This document shows, piece after piece, positions 1 to 12,209 of a DNA stretch of 64,000 nucleotides. A program made the translations under genes and the position numbers. Each line of letters starts with the position of its first letter. Positions within the stretch are counted from its first letter, which is position 1. The DNA is from Pseudogymnoascus verrucosus (Eukaryota). Below the pieces are notes generated by a model that worked only from the letters and a program-made list of their open reading frames with translations, had not been told where the DNA came from and searched no databases. The DNA lies in the NCBI GenBank assembly GCA_001662655.1, contig KV460224.1, one strand, 5' to 3'.

Positions 1-819
1 GATTTAGAGGCTATTGGTTTTGGGCTATCATCCTTAGTCGTCCATGTTAAGGACACCAATTCTGTCGTCAAAACATTTCCTCCTCTTGACAAGGACCAAG
101 ATGGTGAGAGGAGGATATATGAGCATTTACAGCGTCAGAACTGCCACCACCCCAACATACTCAAATACTTTGGAAGGTGTGCCGCTGAATATGAGCTATT
201 GCGGGGTGGGTTAGCATTTGATTCCCACCCTCGTGGGACTCTTCTGGCCTCATTTGATAAACTAGATGCAATTGGGTTTCTGAGAGCGATCGACGACGGT
301 TTGTGGTCCTTGGATCTTCTCTGGAAATCGGCATGCTGCAATCCGGTCCAGCTCTAACATGTCTCTATTAGCTGGCCGTACCAGATTGTATCGGCAATGG
401 ACTTCATTCATTCACGCGGTGTTATACGCGGTGATATAGGGCTTCATAACTTGCTCACCCATGACGATGGGGGGATTGTCCTTTGTGATTTTGCTGGGTC
501 TGGCATGGAAGGCTTACCGCCAACCATTGGCGCTGGTGTGCGATATTCGGATCCGCAGCGTAACGACAACATGTATTCGACGAAAGAAGATGATATTTTT
601 GCTCTTGGAACTGTGTTGTACGAGCTCAGTGCTCGGAAACGGCTCTTCGATGGCCAAAGTAGTTAGTACATATATCGACATTTGCGCGACCGGCAATTCC
701 CCGATTTATCTACGGTTCCGTTGCCGCTGAGAGATATAATTAATAAATGCTGGAGCCTTCCGGGCTATCAAGCAAGTGACGCTCTGGTGGAAATAGACGG
801 ATATAATTCATCTCATTAA
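1..819 (+). pseudogene. Degenerate protein kinase gene (5' end outside window)
   Basis: Frame 1 reads IGFGLSSLV...VVKTF...HPNILKYFG. After a GT..CTAAC..AG intron (299-371) it reads WPYQIVSAMDFIHSRGVIRGDIGLHNLL...LCDFAGS...DIFALGTVLYEL. Splicing requires a frameshift. An in-frame TAG at 664-666 is followed by kinase-like C-lobe sequence FPDLSTVP...IINKCW. Confidence 0.75.
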
Positions 820-1221
820 AGAGAACAGCAAAAATTAAAAATATTAGGTGCCAAGAATTACTGTGATTCTACAGGTGTTGGTCGTGAATTGGACTCCTTG
901 GCAAACTCCATCTTTCGTAGTATCTCTATCAATTTATTTGGTTTTTTTCTTGCATGGCCTATAAATGATAATCCCCACAACTTATCACCTTCAAACGTGT
1001 GAGCCGGTAATTAATTTCCACGTTGCATGACACGGAATTTTAGATGAGAAATGACTTGGGGTTGAAAAAGGCGTCAACTATTAATTTACTGGCATTGAAA
1101 CGCCTGTTTGGTCTGTATATTGTAACACTGGGTATATAAAGTTAGAAGCTAGTCTTATCTTTTATCAATCTCTAATGTGAGACCTCGCGAACGCCAAGTT
1201 TCTGATCCGTATTGTCATTCT

Positions 1222-2416
1222 TCAAGGGTCTGAGTCTTCCTCAAGGTGACGGTACATTTCTTCCTTTTTATCGAACCCCCTTGAGCGCGATGCTTTCCAA
1301 TCATCCATGGTTGGATAATTCAGACCATCCTTCACGCCCCTAACCCGGCCATCCGGTTTATCCCGTGGTGGTGGCTTTCTTTCCCATTCATCTCTGTAAA
1401 TTCCAGTGTCTACGATTGGCTCTTCAGGATCGACCCGTTGACGATTGTCATCATCACCAAGGATAGGAAGGGGACATGAGGCTGGAGGGGTCTCCTCAGA
1501 GAGGAGGAAGTCAAGAAGCTGCTGCTTCTGGGAATCTAGGAGCCCATAGATACGATATGTGACTCGCTTCCGGTTCGAATGAAAGTAAATAGCGTCAGGC
1601 TATCTGGTTAGTTGTGGAAATGCTAGGGGTGGGTGGGTGTATCATACATCAATGCTGGGAAGATGCTCTAGCCCAATGGAGGGAACTGATTCTGGTTTAC
1701 GCCTGTCGAAAAGTGCAACCCCGCCCAAGATACGTGCCTCAGCCCAGTATCCCACTCCATCCGCAACTCCCTCTGGGTATTGATCGTAGTCGCGGTAAAA
1801 CCTATGCCGGAAGAGCGTCGGTGGGGGGTCGTTTGGGTTCCGCCGCCAGAACATGGTATTCTCCTTCGGTGGTGTCCAAGAAGCAATGCCATCATCTTTA
1901 TGCAACCCGGTATCTAGTTTGAATATTTGAACTGCTATCTGGTGTATAGCCACGGCAATGAGCTCAATCAGTCGTGTCTGAAATGCTCTCGAGCCTGGAG
2001 ACGCAGCTTGATATGCATGAATAAGCTATAGTATCTCTAGCTAGTATTGTCGATTGGGCTCAAAACAGCAAATATGTTCTTACCTTGCAATCCATACACA
2101 ATGTGTGAGGATTAAAATCGGCGTAAAGCTCCCTGGTTTTCTCCAAGGCCGTAGGACAGAGATCTATGTGATTCGTATGAAGTGGGTGGTCATACGTGAG
2201 TGCCCGAAAGGCATAAGTATCCTTCTCAACACTGGACAGTGGAAGGCCGTCAGCTATTTGTGCATACGTGATTTGTGCAATTTCGGTCGATAATACGTTC
2301 CCCACTGCGCGAGTAAAGATGTCTCGATGCTGGCCTGTCAATATCTCGATGGGCACGTTCTGGGACTGTTCGTCAGTGCTATATTCACTAAGTTTTGGTG
2401 TGTCTTGCGGCCCCAT
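1222..2416 (-). CDS. Fungal hypothetical protein, about 3 exons
   Basis: ORFs 2060-2446 and 1642-1953 plus a third exon (PDAIYFHSNRKRVTYRIY...EEDSDP*) are joinable by GT-AG introns. The motif YPEGVADGVGYWAEARILGGVALFDRR looks like a real conserved fungal protein. Confidence 0.7.
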
Positions 2417-3403
2417 GATCGCGTGTCTTGCAATATCTAAGAGCAATAATGATAGTATACACTTATATGCCCCAGTCGTATAAAGGAATGTTCATATTGA
2501 GATGGAAATCGGTTAACCTTGGTAGATAGGGAGGCGGAGCTCCGTGTGATTCTGCGGCTTCAGACCGCCTAGCGGGTAATGCGGGCCGCACTTAGCAGAC
2601 CCGGCGCTTAAAGGACGATGTTAAAAATAAAATTGTTTCGAAATGTCCGCGCGCCTACTGGAACTGCCTACCATAGGCGACTTTATAATACAAAGTCAGG
2701 GTTGTATGCGCCTGCCTGTCTAATTACCACATATTCAGCCAATTATAGGGGGCATGGTAGTCGCTGGCGGTTGTGAAAGAAACATGTCGCAGCTAGGCCG
2801 CTTACGCGCCGGGGAACCACATCACCAAGGGTTTTGCGTGCTTTTTGAGGTCCACTTTGTAACCAGTCTTCAGTGTTTCTCATCCTGACAGCGGCCTTGT
2901 ATTTGGCTAGTATTTGTAATTATTTTTTAAAGTGTGCTCCCATTTGCTAACTAAAGCGGCTAATGTTAACATTATGTCTTACTCCCCTGCCCAGCTCTGT
3001 TTCATGTTCCCATACTTAACTCCCACAACCTATGAAGCATCTATGAGCATGGAGAAGATTACTTAGCCACCCTATCGTGGGCATTGCTATCTTAAAATGG
3101 TCATACGTAGCTAAAATAGGCACTTGCATTTCCTGACTGATATTTCCCACTACGGTGATTCTATAAATAATGACAATTTATAAACTTAAGAACTTAAAGA
3201 AGACGATAGTTTCCCTTTGGTATTCACCTTGTCCTGGCTGCAGCCATCTCATATTTTACTACATATACCTTCTACAAATCTGCTGCCTACAATCCCGTTG
3301 AACTCACCAAAGCATCTTCTACAATGACAGAAACCCGACTCCAAAATCTCTGCGTTTATGTTCAGCAGGTCGGTATTGGGAGCTTGAATTCGTTGGGGGT
3401 ATC

Positions 3404-3870
3404 ATGGAATTCTATGCGCGGCCGGAAGATCGTAACCCTGACCAGTGTGGAACTCCCTACATATTTACGAACTACCTCGGCAACTCGCCTGGGACGCTTG
3501 TTTCAATGGCATATATTGTGAGGGTTTTCGATGGGAGTAAGTTTGGATCCGTTTGTTTATACTTTGTGTATTAGGTTTCTAACATTCTTGTTTAGGTGCA
3601 AACCTTCCTGTTGCGCCATCTACAAATGCTACCCCAAGAACCCGACGGGAAATACGACGACAATTAAGGGAAATGAGTGAAATTCGACGCCATAGAGTTC
3701 CTTCTACTCTTCCTGCACTCAGGGCAGGCGAATCGTCTGGGAGCTCAAGAAACCGCGCCGTTCCGGACTATCAGGACCAAGGCAATTATGGCTTAGTTCA
3801 AGCCCCAGACCCGAGGGCAGGGCCGAGTGCTAATAATCGTGGTGGCGGAGGCGGATATTACAGATACTAG
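3404..3870 (+). CDS. Small hypothetical spliced protein with G/Y/N/Q-rich tail
   Basis: MEFYARPEDRN...VFDG joins through intron 3537-3595 (GTAAGT..CTAAC..TAG) in frame to ORF 3673-3870. The true start is uncertain. Confidence 0.4.
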
Positions 3871-4092
3871 GCTCCGGTCCAATTGAATTGTTGAGTCAGG
3901 GCTCGTAGCTGGTCTATGTGGCATGGATTTCTGTAATTATAGTTATCGCCTAGGAGTTGGAGTTGGGTCTTTTACTATTGAGCTCATAGCATCTAGTATC
4001 TCGTACTGAATAGATAGTTTACTGAAGCACTACAACTGACACCAAGAGCGTGCTTTGAAATAAGGTATCTTGCAATATCATATAATAATCTA

Positions 4093-4918
4093 CTAGCCAG
4101 TCTTCCCCTTCACAAATGCTGCGGCGGCGCCAGCATCCATAGAGTACTATACCAGTTAGTTCTGACATTGAATATAACAGACGGAGAGATGCTTACAGTC
4201 AGATGCGCTGGCAGGATAATGATACCTCCATCACAGATATTGTCACCGGCGTGGCAGATTACATCCACCTTTGCAGCTGGTATGGACCCAACAGCGTCAC
4301 CATCGTCTGGGTCACCAAAGATCACAGCTAAAACGCCATATGTTAGCAGTGAACGAGAAAATGAGTTCTAGCAATGCAAGACGTACCAGCGGCGACTTTA
4401 GCGGAGTTGTCAGCACTTAGCTGATTTGCTGCATTATGCACAAGCTGTCCACCTTGTCTATTCTGTGTTAGTTATCATATCAAATGCTAATGTTAATAAT
4501 CGGCTTCGGAGACGTACGAGTAGCCGCTCATCACAACCTTCGTATCTGGGCACTGAGTAAAAGCCTGGCCAACCAGCTCCGCCATCTTCTTGCTGCCTGT
4601 AGCATCACCTCCAGCCAAAAACCCAGCAATATCAGCTGGATAATCGACACCCTGGACGGCAAGATTCTCTGTTCCGATGGCCGTGGCAAGAGCAGAAAAG
4701 AATGGTGGCCCAACGAGGGCCCCGACGTTGCCAGATTCCGTGGTACCTCGGGCAAAAATCACGGTCACAGCTTTGCAAGCACTGCCATCTGTGAGATCGT
4801 TCCGTGTGTCTGAGGACTGGCGGATGTTTAAGCCACCTTCAGGGATGGCGATGACGGTGGGGGCGGCGAGTGAGAGGGGGACGCTAAGGAGTGTGAAGAG
4901 GAATGTAGAGGTCCTCAT
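4093..4918 (-). CDS. Cutinase (CE5), secreted, 4 exons
   Basis: Signal peptide MRTSTFLFTLLSVPLSLAAP. Motifs FARGTTESGNVG, GYS|QGG nucleophile elbow split by an intron, FGDP, CHAGDNICDGG and AHLTY. Confidence 0.93.
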
Positions 4919-5576
4919 TTTGGAGGTTTGTGACGGGGGCTTTTCTGGAAGTTGTGAAAAGGTGTATGATGTGCGATTGGGATAGTCGGAAGGAGGAAAT
5001 AACATGGGAGATGCCACATGCTTATATAGAGAAAGATGGGCCCCCCTATCACAATACTCACCATCATCCACTAATCACCACATGACTTGTTAACCTGAGA
5101 ACTAGCATCTGGCGATCTCCCTCCTTCCTCTTTGAAACTGTAGCTTCCTCCATTTGTTGATGCCTGCGTATGTACCTGTCGAAATCACAACAAACTAGAT
5201 ATTTTAGCCATATGGTAAGCCTCTTGATGCGTCCATACTATGGCAATTATACAAATGTCAAAACGGCTCGGAGACAACACCCCCCCTGTTCCAAGTGTCC
5301 CAAACAAGAAACCCTTGCGACGTCTCTTCGATTCCACAGCCACGTGCACAGCCCAATTGGCCTACCCTGTGGGTCAATAAAATAAGACTTTGTGAACAGC
5401 ATGGTTCCCCACGGGGTAATCGAAAATCAACCCGAAGTAAGGCCAGAGAGATAATAGTGGCTCATTCGAATTGTCGGGTTTAATCGCACATATGGAACTA
5501 GAGCTGCCTATTCCATTGCAAAAGTGAGGGGTTGTGGGATTATAGTGCATTAATTGGAGCTGGGGCTGTCGATCTG

Positions 5577-5582
5577 CCTCGG
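5577..5582. promoter_or_regulatory. CCTCGG, possible FarA/CTF1-type site upstream of cutinase
   Basis: Exact CCTCGG about 660 bp upstream of the cutinase ATG. A single hexamer, so it could be chance. Confidence 0.25.
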
Positions 5583-6747
5583 CTCTTGACTTTTAAGTTG
5601 TGAGATCGCGTGCATCACGTTCGCGATCTTGGGATCGGCAGTCAAGTGCCATTTGTTTACCCACCTATCCTGGACGCCGCTGCCGCCGTAGATATTTCGA
5701 CGTTGAACGCATTGCGGGGCCGTTTCACTTGGCAGACTGTTCCTATCCTTGTGTTTCGCGCTATTCCTTGGTTCTTTGGGAACCGGAACTGGTGGTACCT
5801 GAATGAAATAAACTTCGACTTACTTTCTAGTTAGTATTTGCTCAAAAATTCTCGCGGTGGGCTTGTTCCCGTCTTGTCTCCTCAGTGCCACCCACCCCTC
5901 AAGTAAGTTGCCCTACCGGAATAGTAGTTCATAGTGTTAGATTTGCGTGGATATTGTTTCTGTGGGGTATTTTTGACGTGTGATCTGTTACAGGGTTATC
6001 TAGTGCAGAGTTACATACATCGTACTCCGCCATGGTGAGTTGATATGACGACGCATTTGCATGTGAAGAGGAGACAGCTGTAGCATTCTCAAACTCGACA
6101 ACCCCCGTGAAATTAATTAGTGCTTAACTTGTCATGATTCTCGTAGTTACTATAACGGAGGACTTTAAGAACAGTTCATAGCTACTCTTCGTTCACGAAA
6201 CCACTATGCTCATAGTTTATCCTCAGTCGCGAAATATGTTACGGTGGCTAAAAAGCATTATTGTTGTTTTTGTGTCCTTCCTTACGGTAGGGAGGAGTTA
6301 TGTTGCCACCGGGAGCTTTGTATCAGAGTTGAACCATCATTCCATCGCACTCCTCATAAGTGATTTGGGTTGAGAGGCTCTCAGCAGTATGGGTAGGCGA
6401 GAGGTCCGTCATCGCCCTCTTTGTTTCAATTTACGCCGGTTAAGATGGTTTGAAACTTGGAACACTTCTTTTTTTATTAATTATCTCTCGCTTTATATAA
6501 TGCCAGAAAAGCTGCACAACCAAGCTATACTTCGAGATCTATAGATACTGAATACATAGCCTGTTACGTCACCACACCTACTTTCATGATGCTCATCCCT
6601 CTAACTTCTTGCATTTTCGCTTGACCCTCCAACTTCTCGCATAGGTGATCGACCTCAGTTCGAGCAATGTAATAGAGTATTAAAGTCGAATTAACGGTAG
6701 CAAACCAAAACGTTATTAGAGTCTCTAGTTCTTGAAGACGCCGCCAT

Positions 6748-6776
6748 GCTCTTCACGCTCTTCACGCTCTTCACGC
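6748..6776. repeat. 9-bp tandem repeat (GCTCTTCAC)x3
   Basis: Read directly from the sequence. Confidence 0.85.
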
Positions 6777-7046
6777 AACAGGTAGACTTTAAAGCACCCT
6801 TAGCATCAAAGCCCAGGAATCGGGGAGGCATTTAGCCTAGGGTGGTATACGTGAGTCAGGCAAACAATAGCCTCATCCTCCAAAGCTCGCAAACACTTAA
6901 ACCCTTGCTAAATTCTCGAAATCGGGAGATAATAATACGGATGGTTCGACGGACTGACTAGCACTGACAGATATATATAAATTGAGAACAACATTTACAA
7001 AATAGCTAGCAACAGCAAGGCCATCCAAGTGGTACTACTACTATTA

Positions 7047-9194
7047 TCACATCCTCTGATCTACAAAGCGAATGCTCATGTCGTCAAAAATCGACCATGC
7101 CAGGTGATCTTCGACGTTAGGAGGCACAAAATCGGAGCTCATCACTGGTTGTATGGACGTGTTCTGCAAGCTAGCTTCGAGCTGCGCAGCCAGCTGATGG
7201 CGGAAGTTTACTGGCAGTTGTTGGGTTGCCCGGAGGGTGTGTAAGAGGTCTTGTACAAGGGGAATATCTACCGAAGTGTTAAGTACAGTCAGGACAGGAC
7301 AGTATGGGCCGCTTACCATCCGCTTCGCCAACTCCTCCGGATATAGCTTGGAGTACTATCAAGGCCGCCCATGTAATCATCTGTTTCGTCAGCGAAGCTC
7401 TACCCAAAAATATATACATGGGACTTACCACTAGATCCCAATTGGTCCATATGCTTTTGTCATCGAACTGCATCTTCAGTGCGGCACGTGTTGAAACCAG
7501 CAATTCGTGCCGCTCGGACGAAGTAGTAGATGTCGCGAAGAGATTGAATCCCCGAGCGGGGTGATAGATGGATAACACCAGCAATCTGTGGAGGATATAT
7601 TGGCGGAATACAACTCTACGATCGCTCTCGGACGTGAAGTGCCCTATGGATTTGTCAGAATAGTACGTATGTATTTTAAAATCGCGCACTTACGGCCTGG
7701 TTTGTTGAATCTCGCAAGCCATCTGTCAAGCTGAACAGCCCAGTCCCGAATTATAGCCGCATCCACAGCAGTAAGAGAAGCTGTTAACATTGGCCTTTCC
7801 TGGGGTGACGAGAAACATGACCATATAGTGGGAAGTCCTCGACCAGTAAAATGCGTCAAACCCGTGTGCAACATCTGAGTGAGAGAGTAGATGTCATCTT
7901 CGGATGAAATATGCAGACGAGCTAGGGGCGCTTGAAGTGGAATTATGGGACATGACATATGGAGAGATGCGTGCTCAAGGTCGATGATCTAGTGCTGTCA
8001 GTATGTGACCGTTGACGACTACAATAAAGCTAGAACATACCTGGAGTCCAGCAAAAAGTCTCTGCCACTCTCGGGACCTCTCATCGACTTCTTTCGGGCA
8101 CGACTCCAATATGAGACGGTAGCCAACAGAAATCCATATCCCCGTCGTCTTTATTGAAGCTTCGCAGGCGAGTCCAGCGAGTACTATACCAAGGACATCA
8201 TGGAATGCATTCTCTTCAGACTTAAATGACGGCTTATCTGCGACCAGTTCAGTCGTTGGAGAGGGAATGCTCAACTCGGCAATGGCCCGACACATGACTA
8301 GGAAGTAATCCGGCGCCAGGCCGGCGAGGTCTCGAGTGCCATGGTTCAGAGCCGAGATGTACAACATCGCAGATAGCAGTAGGGGTGTTGGGGAGGAGAA
8401 GTTTTGCTTATTGGGAAGGAAGTGGAGGCTCGGAATATTTATATGAAAGCTACGCGGTTAGATGCGCATCATACCATTGGTGGAACAGAAGGAAGCTCAC
8501 AATTGCCATAACTGCTGAATATTTGCTGGGAGCCATATCTTTTCGTTGACTGGATGATGCGTCTTCTGTCTGAGCTGCGTAGCAGCATTCCACACCTCGC
8601 TGAGCGCTGGATCTCTCGTGTCTATCTGTGGCATATTTTGCTCCTGCTCAACGATCGAACCAGTTGCAGAGTCCAGATCGAGGCGTGACTCGATAATATC
8701 AAGGCGGTTCAATACCGAATGTAGCGTCTGACTTGTCCATCTAACAGCATTGGGCGAGCCTTCTGAGGGCAAAACTTCTCGTGTCGATGAAGCCTTTGTC
8801 ACAATCAGTCTTGGGATGCCGTGCGTACACAGACGGAATGGTCATACGTTTGCTCTTGGTCTAAAGACGCATGGAACGCCAGTCCGCAAGCACCTCCGAC
8901 AGGAAGGCCCTTGGTCAACCTTGCACTTCAGCTGTGGGATAGTTCAGTGACTGTTTCAATATGACATATGACGATATGATACAGCACAACAAGAGACCAA
9001 CGATGAAGTGTAGGTCACGTGAACTGATTGGAATATAAAGTCACCTTCAATCCCCGGCATTTCACTGCACCCCGCATTAGTAAAGCGTACAGGGTCAATA
9101 AGATTATATTGCTCCGAGCCGATCATCAATAGGCAATCGGCCCCGGGGATTCTATGAGCTTACCACAGGCTTTGGTCATCTTAAAGGCCGGCAT
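7047..9194 (-). CDS. Zn(II)2Cys6 transcription factor, multi-exon
   Basis: The spliced N-terminus reads MPAFKMTKACVKCRGLK|LKCKVDQGPSCRRCLRTGVPCVF (C-x2-C-x6-C-x7-C-x2-C-x6-C). The downstream ORFs 8497-8802, 7975-8367, 7644-7958, 7279-7689 and 7047-7331 form the fungal TF body. Confidence 0.88.
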
Positions 9195-9399
9195 TTGCGC
9201 CGCTCCATCGTCCGAACTCATATTGGCGAAAGGGATAGGTATCCTCGCATTACCGGCCGCCTAGCTCCAACACGAAGGCGGAATCCGCAACAATACCGAA
9301 AGTTCTGGGTAAATTGAAGCTTATGTGGAGGTATGTGGAACGCGGAGAAGAATGTGGATGTTTATGGGGGATATGGTCGGGGAACGTGCTTATAATGTG

Positions 9400-9435
9400 T
9401 CGGCGAAGTCGGCGTTATAGTTCCGGCTTTGCCGA
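9400..9435. promoter_or_regulatory. Inverted pair of CGG-N6-CGG motifs (TCGGCGAAGTCGG on +, TCGGCAAAGCCGG on -)
   Basis: Copies at 9400-9412 and 9423-9435, 10 bp apart, in the TF/hexokinase divergent promoter. CGG half-sites are typical of Zn2Cys6 binding sites. Confidence 0.55.
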
Positions 9436-9684
9436 GTGATACCAGACGGATCGACAAGCCGCCTTGAAACCCTTACTCTCAACGCCTTCGGCGTCAAAAT
9501 ATACAATGTGATAGCCAGCTGTCCAGCAATTGCCCCGCTTTCTGTAACCTCATCAAAGCTACCTACCTTGTGGTGCCATGGATTCTCGATTTCGTGATGT
9601 AGGGCTCGTCCCTTCATCTCATATAATAACCCCGCGTTGGATATTCTGCTCTTGGAGTGCCCATGATATCAACAGCTCAGCGTC

Positions 9685-11532
9685 ATGTCAATCCATGACC
9701 ATGCGGATCGCGTCGCGGCGGAGTTCGAGTACGACGGAGAGCATGTCAGGGAGGCAGTGAAGCATTTCATACGTCAGATGCGTCAGTATTTTTGTTGAAC
9801 TACGCGTTTTCTGGTGACCAAACCCACAGAGAGCACGTGGTATCGAACTCTTGGCTAACAATGTATCCAGATGAGGGCCTTCGTGCCGATGGGGGCGCCA
9901 TGGCGCAGATCCCTACTTATGTTACCACGGTACCTGATGGCACCGAAAAGGTATGCCAACCTGTCCGTATCACAAGGTGGTTGCTAATGATAGCAACAGG
10001 GACTATATCTTGCTCTTGATCTTGGAGGAACCAACGTCCGCGTCTGTTCTGTTGACCTACATGGCGATACCAAGCTCACTACTGTGCAATCCAAGACGGC
10101 CATACCGCCCGAGCTGATGCACGCTGCGACATTCCGAGAGCTCCTCCACTTCCTCGCCCAGCAAATCGAGCTCTTCCTGCAAACCTACCACGATGATCTC
10201 CTCCAAGCCCATCGTGCACGCACTACAGAGACATCCCGGGACGCCTTACTTAAGCTCGGCTTTACTTTCAGTTTTGCCTTTAAGCAGCTCGCGCTCAACA
10301 GAGGCACCCTCCTCTACTGGACCAAAGGCTTCAACATCCCAGACGCAATTGGCCAGGAGCTTTGCGGCCTTCTCCAGGACGAGCTTGACGCACTGAATGT
10401 CCCTGTCCTCGTCGCCGCGCTTGTTAATGACACCGTCGGCACTCTGGTAGCCCGCTCGTATCAATCGCCTGGGGCGACGACTACCCTGCTGGGCGCTATT
10501 TTTGGCACGGGCACGAATGGCGCATATGTTGAGAAGCTCGATAATATCACTAAAATGCTCCCCGCTCAAGTCGATGGTAGCGCTGCACCTATTCCGTCAG
10601 GGGATATGATTTTAAACACAGAATGGGGCTCCTTCGACCCTGAGCTCTCTATTCTCCCCAACACCCCTTATGATATAGCTGTCGATCGTGAGTCTGTTCA
10701 TCCTGGGATCCAGATGTTTGAAAAGCGCGTATCTGGACTCTTTCTAGGTGAAACGTTGCGCCACGCCCTACTAGCCATTGCGCCATACAGCGAGACAATG
10801 GTCATCCCGCTCAATTCGCCGATCCATGACCAGTACAGTATCAGCACCACCTTCATCTCCTCGGCAGCCAGCGACGAATCCCCGACACTGGAGATTGTCA
10901 GAAGCGAGCTGAAGAGGATGCTCAACCTAGACGCTACTCCACAAGATGCGGAGGCGGTGAAAAAGCTTGTGCTTGCTATCAACAAACGTGCAGCTAGACT
11001 GGCAGGCGTTGCTATCGCAGCTATTGTGGTCAACTCTGGGCGTCTGACGGATGTATCCACACCGCCCGCTTCGCCACTGAGTGTTGTAGATGGGAAAGTG
11101 CCACTTCCAATCAGCCTCAAAGCTGTGGAGACCGAGAGTGATGAGGCCATTTCAGACGTCCACTCGAAGTCAAAACTACACATATCGCCGTACCGCCGCC
11201 TTCAATCTCTCCTTCGGCGTATCTTCTGCGCTGCTAACCCAAATTTGACAACCCCGGAATCCGACCTTCCCCCATCGAAACCGCAAACTCCGCCAATACG
11301 CCCTGTAGTCCAAAATGAGGGAATCATAGATATCGGCGTTGATGGCTCTATCATCGAATTTTGCCCCGGCTTCATCTCCTCCATTCGCAGCGCCCTCCGC
11401 GACGTAGATGAGATCGGGGTTGAGGGGGATAGAAGGATACGAATTGGGATTGCGAAGGATGGGAGCGGGATTGGAGCTGCGCTTATTGCGAGGATGGCCG
11501 AACTTGAGATGGGGCGTGGGGTGAAAGGATGA
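9685..11532 (+). CDS. Hexokinase/glucokinase family protein, 3 exons
   Basis: MAQIPTYV, YLALDLGGTNVRV, LGFTFSF, WTKGF, VNDTVGT, FGTGTNGAY, NTEWGSFD, FEKRVSG, DGSGIGAAL. There is a long Pro/Ser-rich insertion near the C-terminus. Confidence 0.93.
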
Positions 11533-12209
11533 AATCCCGATTAGTTTTGGTATGTGGATTGTAGTGATGGCAAGGAGAACGAGCTATGGTTGGGTTAGAG
11601 ATTGGCAAGTTAGCATATGAATAGACTGCCTAACGCTATCATTTTATAAAGCGCTTTTATGTAGGCAACTCTGTGACTGGCTGTGATTAAAACTGCACAG
11701 TTCCCCGGTATGGTCTCTTGAAGACGAGAAAATTGTGTGGTACGTCTGTGGTCCTCTGATTATTATTAGAAGTGAGTGGCTACATGTGTCAAATGAGAGA
11801 CGACCGCATAGTATCTAGTTGTAGTTCTGTTTCAGCATATTTTAAAGAGTTACGTATATCTCTACAGTCTATTGATTTAACGAGTATTCATATTTAATTT
11901 AATATAAAATAAAATAAAACAATTACTTTTTGCCCACTGTAAAATTATAATCGGTGCTTATATTTATTACCTGCATAATTAACTAGAAAAACGCCAAATA
12001 AAATGACAACGAGCTTCGTATAAAACCACTTTTAATATAAGATTAAGTCTAAATAGAAATATAGGAAACAAGAGACAATTTTAATACATCCATACCATCC
12101 TAAACGCCAAACCGAACGAGATGCTCTAGCGTAGCTATCTGCCAACTGCTGATATCTATACTTCCTTCAGTCCCCACACATCTTAATCAAACACAAAGCC
12201 CCATAACAT

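Noticed and set aside
664..666. Programmed stop-codon readthrough or A-to-I editing in the kinase gene
   Set aside because: An independent frameshift and an altered catalytic loop make pseudogenisation more parsimonious.
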